Below are positions 48,101 to 54,943 of a stretch of 59,646 bases of DNA, one piece after another; the first letter of the stretch is position 1, and each line of letters starts with the position of its first letter. The stretch spans positions 1 through 59,646 of the IMG/VR virus record IMGVR_UViG_3300005613_000073; one strand, 5' to 3'. Source of the DNA: a virus (lineage: Duplodnaviria; Caudoviricetes). Both the position numbers and the translations under genes were made by a program. The notes below the pieces were generated by a model. It worked only from the letters and a program-made list of their open reading frames with translations, did not search any database and had not been told where the DNA came from.

Positions 48101-51100
48101 CTTGAAGACTCTTTCAAAGAAGAAATGGGTAATGAGGGCGATTTTGTTTTCCAAAGAGAGCTGATAGAAGAATTAGGATATGAGGGTGTAGTTTTACAAA
48201 AAGGTGAAAGAGATGAGATGCTTTATGTATTTGATCCTAAGAATGTTTCTTTTGATCCGCAGAGCAACAATATATACTTCCAGACCTATAACACTTTAGA
48301 CCGGATTAATGAGGTTCGGGATACTGGGAAAGCAAGCAGAGATACTGAATACTTAGAAGCCGTAGAGAGCGGTGACACAAGTAAAGCCCAGCAGTTCGTT
48401 GATGATGCAGCTAACAAAGCAGGATATAATGTAGAAGCTTTTCACGGAACTACTCACGATTTCAGAGTTTTTGATCCTGAGAAAAAAGGAAATGTTGAAG
48501 GATTTCTGGGTAAGACCAATTACTTTACATCGGATCAGACAGACGCTGAAAGTAACTACGGCTCGATTGGAGGTGCTGACTTAGCAATAAGAGTTGAAGA
48601 AGCGACAGAACAATTACTTAATAATCTAGAAGGTGAACAGTTTGATATAGATGATATAACAAGATTGACAGGCTTGACAGAAGAACAGCTTCAAGAGCGT
48701 AATTACATAGACCAGGATTTAGAAGTCATTGATGAAAACAGCAGAGAGCTGGCAGAATTAATGGCTCAAAAAGATTTGTATGGCGGAGAGGACAAAGTTC
48801 TTGATGTCCGTTTAAAAATGGAAAAGCCTGTTACTGTAATGGCCAACAAAGACAGAAGGGGTGTAGCAGTATTTACCAGTGATGAATATATTGATAATGG
48901 AATCGAAGGGCTCGACTTAGAGGAAGCTTGGCAAGATGTTAAAGAAGAGCAAGGGTTAGAAGATTCCGACAGGGGAGATTATGCTTCTGAAATCAGACAG
49001 TTTGCTTTAGAAACTTCAATGCGAGAACCGAGAATTGTGGAAGTATTAAGAGAAGTGATAGGTCAAGAGTATGGTGGAGAGGAAGCTGTTCAAGACATAC
49101 TCGAATCGTTAGACTACAGTGTATACGAAGATGAAATCAACGCAGGTGAGTTGATGACGGTTATGAAGCAGTCAGAGCATTTAAATTATATTCAAGATGA
49201 ATACGATGGTGGTTTGATAAGCAGTGATCTAATAAGAAAAGTATTTGAAGAATTAGGATATGACAGCATTATATTAGAAAATGCTGAAAACGCTTTTTCA
49301 AATATGGGTTTAGATTACGACACTACTCATTATCATATTTTTGATTCTAATAATATTAAATCTGCTGATCCAGTAACATACGATACAGAAGGTAATGTTA
49401 TACCTTTATCCGAAAGGTTTGATACAGGGAAAGAAGATATCTACTATCAAGACGACCTTGGCTACTTCTCGGCTTTAGAACAATCAGTATCTGATCTTCA
49501 ATTCAAAACCATGCCCGCCAAAGACCTGGCTAACAGAATTAAAAAGATCCCAGGGCTCAAGCAAGAAGAGATGGAATGGACAGGTGTTATTGAATGGTTG
49601 GAGCTTCAAGGAAATGAGAAAGTAGCAAAGGCTGATGTCATGACTTTTATTGAGGCTGGTGGGGTTCAGTTGAGTGAAGTTGGATCCATACTAAGCAAGG
49701 AGGAAAGAGAGGAAAGAAGGCAGGAGTTTAGGGAAAATCAAGAAGAACAAGCTCGAGAAGATGTGCGAGAGGCTTTTGAAGATATATATGTAGATAAGAC
49801 AGGGCGTCCAGGGCCTGATGCATGGGAGCACTTTATAATTGACGAGGATGCGGATGTTATTTCTTTGTTGAATAAAATAAAACATACCGAGGAATATAAG
49901 GAATGGGATGAACAATATGAGAAAACTCTTACTGATGCTGAGGTTATAGAAAAGATAAGTGAATCCTATGTCTTTGCTGTTGAGATAGCACAATTATTTG
50001 ATGATGCGAATAATGATGGTGCTATATCACTTGAAGACACAAATATGGGAAGGGAGGAGTGGTTTGAATATCTTTACGATGATTTGTATGAAGCTGCTTT
50101 AGAAAGCATACAAGAGGCAGATGCTTGGGAAGAAAATGCCCCTAGCGGTAAACACGAAGATTACATACACCCTTCGCCAGAATATAAAAACTACAATGAA
50201 AAATTATTGACCGCGCCTAGGATAAAAGGGGATTTTTACCATCAGCAACATTGGGGTTCTGTCCGAAACGTATTAGCGCATCTAAGGAGCACAGAAAGAA
50301 AATTATTAATTCAGAAAAGTGATTTGCAGGATACTTTCCATATCGAAGAAATCCAGTCTGATTGGCATCAGAAAGGGCGAGATTATGGGTATATAGGAGG
50401 CCCACTTGGTCTAAAAATAAAAAACTTAATTAAACAGTTGGAAAAAGTCGAAGCTGAGTATCGTACTGAATTAGAAAGAGTGTTAAGTACTGAACTTAAA
50501 AAGATGACAAGACTTGAATATGGCCTTATGAGGAAGCCAAATGCAACTGAAGCTAGAATGGAAGCGTATCTAAGGGAGCAAGGGATAGACCCTAATGCTG
50601 AAGTGTATTACGATACTGAAAGCAGACAAATGTTTAGAGAACCAATTAGCCCTAAGCGCAGAGAGGCTGAAGTATCTATCACAGTAGGTGCTTTGTTGAG
50701 AGATTTAAAATACAAGATAGATGACCTCAAAACAGAAATACGAATACAGAAAAGGCAAGAGGTGCCTGATGCCCCTTTCAAAAGTTCAAATGCTTGGGCT
50801 TTACTAGTATTCAAAAGAGCTTTAAGACTTGCTATTGATTCGGGGCATGATTATATTTCATGGAATCCTGGCGAAGTTAATGCTGATATGTATAATATAA
50901 GAAAACAAGTTAGAAGTATAAGCTACAACAGAAGTAGTAAAGCATTTGCATATATTACACTAGCAGGAGACCAAAGAGTTAAGAGTAATGTATCAGAAGA
51001 AAAACTGAAGGGTTATGTAGGCAGAGAAGCAGCTGAGAAGTTGCTGACTAAGGAAGGCGATTACATAACCCTAGAAGAAGAAGGTCTTGAAGTTGGTGGG

Positions 51101-54100
51101 CATGGCATGAGAGCTTTTTACAATACAATGATCCCTAATATAGTTGGCAACTACCTTAAAAAATTAGACAAAAAAGCAAAAGTCTCTGTGAGCAAACTTT
51201 CTACAGGTGAGGAAGTCTGGTCAGTTAATATAACTGATAAAATGAAAGACAAAGTTCTTGAAGGCCAAACCCTGTTTCAAAAAGCACAGGGGCTGGAGCC
51301 TAGAGGATCTATAAAGATGTCAAAAAACAGAGCTCAGTATTTTATATCCCTTTTCCAGAGAGCTAACCTTTCAACAGCTCTGCATGAACTTGGCCACGCT
51401 TTTCTTTTAGAATTAACTGAGTTAGTCCATTCAGGAAACGCACCTACTAAAATGCTCCAGGACTGGGAGATTGTCCGCAATTATTTGGGTACTGAAATTG
51501 GAAAACTCCCAAACCGAATGCAACATGAAAAATTTGCAAATGGCTGGCTTCAGTATCTCAGGACGGGTAAAGCTCCTAACAGCAATTTAGTACCTGCCTT
51601 TGAGCATTTCAGAAAGTGGATGACTTTTTTATTTAAAGACTATGAAGATCTTCCTGGTATGACTCCTGAAATGGAAACATTCTTTAACCGGATGCTCAAT
51701 GCAGATCAGGAAGCGAACGCAGCTATTGAAGATAATACTTTGAGCCTATTAACTCCTTCTGTTCGCAAAGCTTTAAATTTAACCAATGCAGATGCCCAGG
51801 ACATTGATTCTTTAATCAAGAAAATGAAACTACAGACCAGAGTTGATGTAGAGTCTGACAGAAACAAGAATCAAGAAAAGCAAAGAAAAGAATGGGCAGA
51901 GGAAGCAAAGCAACAAAGAAACTCAGAGCCTGTATATAAATTGGCTACTTCATTAACGGAAAACAAAGGGCTGGACGAAAATGAAATTTTTATGGAAGTA
52001 GGTCAAGAAGGGCTTAATGAATTAAAGCGTAAAGATCCAAAACTTGTGCAGAAAAATGGAAGATCTGTAAAAGCGGCAGCAGATACATACAATTTTCAGA
52101 GCCCTATGGATATGGTTGTGCAACTGTTAGACATGCAGACTGAAAAGCAGTATGTTGAAGAATACGTACAGCAGAAGCAAATTATATCTGATTCTGAAAC
52201 AAAAGCCGAGGCAGTAGCTTACGAGCAGAAAGCATACGAGCAGATCTTACGCAAGACCGCTGAATACATTCAGCGTAATAACAAAGGGTCCGACACTCGT
52301 GTATCTATGAAAGAGATAAAAGATCAGGCAGAAAAACTTATTGCTAATATGACAATGAGAGATGCCACAGCTTCCTATAAGTATTTAGGCGCTTTGAAGA
52401 AAGCCAATAGGCTTGAAAAGAAAGCTATTATGAAGCAAGACTGGTTCGAGGCTGCAAGACAGAACAGAATGGCCAGGCTTAACTTTGAGCTTTACAAAAA
52501 GTCTATGGACATGAAAAAGAATACAGAAGCCAAAGCCTTAAGCAAGGCTAAAAGATATGCTTCTGCTAATCCATCTAAGACTTTGTCTTTTGAGTTCTTA
52601 CAAGGCATCAAAGAATTGGCTACTAGATATGGCCTGGTCCCTGATGGTGTTCAGAAATATTTACCTGATAAAATAAACAGAAAAAGAAATCTCACAGATC
52701 TTTTAAGTTCTGATGATGATCTTCTGGATACAGGGGCTGCTTTTTCTGACAGATTCTTTACAGATGAGTATGTGAACTATAAAGATCTTACAGTGGGTGA
52801 ATTTAAAAACCTTACAGATTTTATAGATCATTTATACCACAGGGGAAGAAGTGAAAAGCAGAACACTATTGAAGAGGGTGAAACAAAACTTATTGATGCA
52901 GTTATGGCTTGCATAGAACCTATGGAGAAAATAGGGGATATCGCTAAAGTCGATGATAACTCTAGATGGGGTAAAACTGTTAGGCAATTAAGAGACTGGT
53001 TTGCAGATCTCAGTATGTTTCAGTTCATTGTTCAAAGAGCAGATGGCTTTAAAACAGATGGACCTAATCACAGATACATCTGGAACAGATTGTCTGCTGC
53101 TGACAGTAAAAAAGCGGAGTTAAAAGAAAGAGTAGCCAAACAACTTGAAGGTCCTCTTAAAAGATTGCAGGAAAAAATAAGTTCAATGCCTGCTACTCTC
53201 AGGACAAAAGTTCCTGTTCCTTATTTCATGCAAAATGAAGGGATTAACTGGACACCTGAAAGAGCTCTTGCAATAGCTCTAAATATGGGTAATGATTATA
53301 ACTTTGATACAACAATACAAGGATATGAAATATCAAGAGCTGAAGCCTTTGAATTGACCTCTTTCCTGTCTGATTCAGACTTAGATGACATTCAGGTCAT
53401 CTGGGACACTGTAAACAGCTTATGGCCAGAATTAAACAGAGAATTTTACAAGATTAATGGCTACTACCAGGACAAGGTTAAGGCTAAAGAAATAATATTC
53501 CCTAGTGGTAAGAAATTAAAAGGTGGATATTATCCTATAAAATATGATCCTAAACTTTCGGACATAGCAGGTGAGTGGAAAGAAAAAGAAGATATTATGA
53601 ATGCTTCGGGCGCTTTGTTTCCTGTTGTATCTGTTAAAGCAGGGCACATGAAGGGGAGACTTGGGGGCGCAGGACGACCTGTTTATTTAAGTTTATCTGT
53701 GTTATCTGAGCATATTGAGACTGCTACAAGTTATATCGCTTTTGGTAGTGCAGCCAGAGAAGTATATAAAATAATGAATCATGGCCAGTATAAAGAAGCC
53801 ATGACTAAAACTTTTGGAAGTGCTTTAAAAAGTAAAGTAAGGCCAATACTAGCTTCTGTGGCAAGACCTCAGCCAAATAAAATGACCGCAATAGGCAGAC
53901 TCATGAACAAGCAAAGATCTTTGGCTACTGCTTACATATTAGGTGCTAATGTGTCTGTGGCGCTTAAGCAGCCATTCTCAGTGTTTGGTTGGGCTAATAG
54001 AGAAGGTATGAGTGCCTTATTAGATGCTTTTTATTTTTGCTGTTTTGACAGGGGTGAAACTTTCAGAGTAGCTACTGAATACAGCACAACAATACGCAAC

Positions 54101-54940
54101 AGAGATACAAATTTATCAAAGTCTATTAATGAAACAATGGCCAATATAGATTTCAGAGATGCCAAGTTTTTAGGTGTTAATAAGAAAGATGTAGCTGATT
54201 GGCTATTTGCTTTGATTAAGTTTGCAGATATGTTTACTGTACTTCCTATATGGAGAGCCTCCTACAAAAAAGCAACATCTGAAGGGCTTACGCACAAGCA
54301 GGCAGTTATAAAAGCAGACAGTGCAGTATCTGCTACTCAGCCCATGAACAGAAAAATAGATCTTTCAAATCTGCAAATAAGTGGAGATGGAGCATATCAA
54401 ATGTTTGCAATGTTCAGTTCATTTACAATGAAGTATGGTAACAGGCAGTCATATCACTGGAGCGGGTGGGCCAGAGGAGCTATTAACAATAGGGATTTCT
54501 TAACATTCTTACTGGTAGAAACAATGGCACCTGTGCTGGGTATGCATTTATTGTTTGGATTATTGCACGGAGAAGATCCAGAAGATTTAATTAAAGACCC
54601 TAAAATGATAGTAGATCTTTTATTGTATGCAGTATCGGGTACACCTATCGTAAGAGATGTGGCTTCTGCTGCTGCTAAGGGGTTTGGAGTTAACAGCCCT
54701 ATTATGGAAGGTATGGATCTCGCAGGAAATGCCCTTGGCTCTTTGATTGCTTTTGCTAAAGATCTTGGAGATGATGACTCTTTTGAAAAAGCCATGTGGG
54801 CTTTCTTTGAATTGTTATCTTACGGCACAGGAATACCAGCCAGCAGGCTTGTACATAAATTCAAAAAAGGAATGGAACAATACAAAAAAGGTGAGGGTAC
54901 AGCATTCAATATTCTGGCACCGGCACCAAGGAGGAATTAA
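42188..54940 (+). CDS. Giant polyvalent ejection protein (gp16 position) with ParB-like, DarA_C-like, LPD23-like, ART-like and zincin domains
   Basis: 4250 aa; VVNGHNRL; YDTVLSQEEI..GLTP; TGWFRGLDGKWRFEISD with HEIQH; FHGT...G..YFT; EEIQSDWHQ; STALHELGH; GGYYPIKYD. Confidence 0.82.
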   Translation: MKDVIENVDLQIRKNAEAAVNMSSFLNPDKEAEMFELHKSTEVPVNLLKNLSPDQIRSLKHGNPLDKISRESALIDYYSVPENAAISGDDADNLSKVEADWKALKANDSKDKSIFDELKEAGTSISEKFEQGQIENTLGDLYFKKILLGQEIDENEIAELEARLEEITLTASPDTADYALGEASKIAGQMFDAVWKHKGAIAGSTAIGAGIGSQIPVAGTLTGAGYGALTGFVGSQAKNAYFVEAGMAAKDLSDIRDDNGVPIDPEIIKVAAHAVGAINASLELAGIGFLSLIAKNVGGKVIAKGTVRSLTKKALRDKVVIEALGKVAKDYAIGVAGDAVTEGMQEAVNILSEYISKEVSQKIEGTEFSENELFTAENFGRVGTTMKDVFVGNTVLTIPAGGVSTYNTFTKARKAQQFNDAVKGINETLENSTTKQRSPNKVAEALSVLGMEQDVFIDPDDAKTMFQDNPELLAELELDDATISNYSAEGKLIPFKLNKLFAKLNKEQFDIVRPWIRASEAAMNIKDLQNKDMQKELNNVIEQYETATKDEDYFQENIKRVKQELVDSGYTEQDAQHVVDLWEAFSRRMAFEGRELSETLERINIERIKRDEFKKRQKSGVQLPLNTARVQKRKAPKVTVPKEKVFKPKTVTEVKKVKDIKKDMPGVTVLKSKEIIYDPERFQFKVTGKEKAGKGLSGKKFNVKLLGVLDVWKDPETDKIYVVNGHNRLQKIREENFPYVPVNFIDAKSAKEARAIGALLNIGTGSGSAIDAAIFIKESEYTIQEVTEMLPEKKVVTDGIALSRLSRKVLLEVQRGEFDEDLAVLIGANLENIEDQKEVISAVKRKENPSKKWLREYIRQVQFAPQIEESTMGLFGEMVSTRSLFNERAEVSNAIVTRLSKDKQLGTIAAKAGFIEEKGAGKINVKTAKGLAQFAKQATEVFQKLSVTKGEISNIVNKYAMELQKSKDKNAVYDAAYKEIRDVLAGQLESGKTLKQSQAERTAKLRQEHNRFPGDTKASMVKEFFDTGKLVNKRKDGSIKYTFTKSAKDNSLIQRTTFDSKNQPMSDKEAPFTKEGLESLIDDSDILVTEKRIKRPDIPKSMRVREGSPLNFLYKIKETAPEGRIATRGDVVVYDTVLSQEEIDQHGLTPIGYEDKTPVFYQFGGIMAERADLGKHDIAERMEYENKSPEEIRKKTGWFRGLDGKWRFEISDKGMKLKRKEFNKHMSTILLSGNSTTLGKLIDHKALFSQYPVLKGTEVEFEHSVNKEPGTWGAQVISPSGSPFNKKIVLNVKNLKNKRYIIEDVLVHEIQHLIQTREGFAPGGSTDTGNAVLTKVIQGFLPVIPRLRMFFNEEYFKNLFEIVDGLNEKDLEKNYIKFKSDFEEAIKKYMPKHDTEMKDLIYSVSKKGVDLSMQSFKELMRNRHYQLGYEIFVRRKELLEKARERNEYKQMLADKYNTTAYGNLITKEEHRTLVEKSDELFRVKKDMRNYATLRLRNDTYAHAMYLEDADNPRNGYNRMYQYYLKDFLKTPFEIYESIKGEFEARETSNRSKMTQAERKGLEPYVLTFQKEGLQPGELVEVDEGIYYQDGKADIERLKLETEKYLDISSYAELSEGKELKTAEQIALHNTVVEIKQVLWDTGYFSDNALYEMRNVKSLDDMEYVEEYLEQAGDLRTKEEIYESNLEVISEDLEAGIAPEELVNEFYEEALENPFELSKKTMGVTEDLMEAGYILPDGTLLDFSGKREGGPIGKRSMDHRQISLPFKSGISGTDAMVAFQKMGAMRIDVRSGLVDLETKPTRSQLDNLKDMILFSEEGVLTVDLQDGDRKLSFDTTSASEAIRKISDFYKVSETLFQAGTEDIYYQDGKADTYFYGGTDLNLREPAPFDTGFGKAVVLARSDAEAREQGGNYVQRVSVNTNKILNLDEGVKYEDAKNTKAWKKKKAELQEERKQAVLREEIDPEYTFLSAEDLEDSFKEEMGNEGDFVFQRELIEELGYEGVVLQKGERDEMLYVFDPKNVSFDPQSNNIYFQTYNTLDRINEVRDTGKASRDTEYLEAVESGDTSKAQQFVDDAANKAGYNVEAFHGTTHDFRVFDPEKKGNVEGFLGKTNYFTSDQTDAESNYGSIGGADLAIRVEEATEQLLNNLEGEQFDIDDITRLTGLTEEQLQERNYIDQDLEVIDENSRELAELMAQKDLYGGEDKVLDVRLKMEKPVTVMANKDRRGVAVFTSDEYIDNGIEGLDLEEAWQDVKEEQGLEDSDRGDYASEIRQFALETSMREPRIVEVLREVIGQEYGGEEAVQDILESLDYSVYEDEINAGELMTVMKQSEHLNYIQDEYDGGLISSDLIRKVFEELGYDSIILENAENAFSNMGLDYDTTHYHIFDSNNIKSADPVTYDTEGNVIPLSERFDTGKEDIYYQDDLGYFSALEQSVSDLQFKTMPAKDLANRIKKIPGLKQEEMEWTGVIEWLELQGNEKVAKADVMTFIEAGGVQLSEVGSILSKEEREERRQEFRENQEEQAREDVREAFEDIYVDKTGRPGPDAWEHFIIDEDADVISLLNKIKHTEEYKEWDEQYEKTLTDAEVIEKISESYVFAVEIAQLFDDANNDGAISLEDTNMGREEWFEYLYDDLYEAALESIQEADAWEENAPSGKHEDYIHPSPEYKNYNEKLLTAPRIKGDFYHQQHWGSVRNVLAHLRSTERKLLIQKSDLQDTFHIEEIQSDWHQKGRDYGYIGGPLGLKIKNLIKQLEKVEAEYRTELERVLSTELKKMTRLEYGLMRKPNATEARMEAYLREQGIDPNAEVYYDTESRQMFREPISPKRREAEVSITVGALLRDLKYKIDDLKTEIRIQKRQEVPDAPFKSSNAWALLVFKRALRLAIDSGHDYISWNPGEVNADMYNIRKQVRSISYNRSSKAFAYITLAGDQRVKSNVSEEKLKGYVGREAAEKLLTKEGDYITLEEEGLEVGGHGMRAFYNTMIPNIVGNYLKKLDKKAKVSVSKLSTGEEVWSVNITDKMKDKVLEGQTLFQKAQGLEPRGSIKMSKNRAQYFISLFQRANLSTALHELGHAFLLELTELVHSGNAPTKMLQDWEIVRNYLGTEIGKLPNRMQHEKFANGWLQYLRTGKAPNSNLVPAFEHFRKWMTFLFKDYEDLPGMTPEMETFFNRMLNADQEANAAIEDNTLSLLTPSVRKALNLTNADAQDIDSLIKKMKLQTRVDVESDRNKNQEKQRKEWAEEAKQQRNSEPVYKLATSLTENKGLDENEIFMEVGQEGLNELKRKDPKLVQKNGRSVKAAADTYNFQSPMDMVVQLLDMQTEKQYVEEYVQQKQIISDSETKAEAVAYEQKAYEQILRKTAEYIQRNNKGSDTRVSMKEIKDQAEKLIANMTMRDATASYKYLGALKKANRLEKKAIMKQDWFEAARQNRMARLNFELYKKSMDMKKNTEAKALSKAKRYASANPSKTLSFEFLQGIKELATRYGLVPDGVQKYLPDKINRKRNLTDLLSSDDDLLDTGAAFSDRFFTDEYVNYKDLTVGEFKNLTDFIDHLYHRGRSEKQNTIEEGETKLIDAVMACIEPMEKIGDIAKVDDNSRWGKTVRQLRDWFADLSMFQFIVQRADGFKTDGPNHRYIWNRLSAADSKKAELKERVAKQLEGPLKRLQEKISSMPATLRTKVPVPYFMQNEGINWTPERALAIALNMGNDYNFDTTIQGYEISRAEAFELTSFLSDSDLDDIQVIWDTVNSLWPELNREFYKINGYYQDKVKAKEIIFPSGKKLKGGYYPIKYDPKLSDIAGEWKEKEDIMNASGALFPVVSVKAGHMKGRLGGAGRPVYLSLSVLSEHIETATSYIAFGSAAREVYKIMNHGQYKEAMTKTFGSALKSKVRPILASVARPQPNKMTAIGRLMNKQRSLATAYILGANVSVALKQPFSVFGWANREGMSALLDAFYFCCFDRGETFRVATEYSTTIRNRDTNLSKSINETMANIDFRDAKFLGVNKKDVADWLFALIKFADMFTVLPIWRASYKKATSEGLTHKQAVIKADSAVSATQPMNRKIDLSNLQISGDGAYQMFAMFSSFTMKYGNRQSYHWSGWARGAINNRDFLTFLLVETMAPVLGMHLLFGLLHGEDPEDLIKDPKMIVDLLLYAVSGTPIVRDVASAAAKGFGVNSPIMEGMDLAGNALGSLIAFAKDLGDDDSFEKAMWAFFELLSYGTGIPASRLVHKFKKGMEQYKKGEGTAFNILAPAPRRN

Positions 54941-54943
54941 ATT

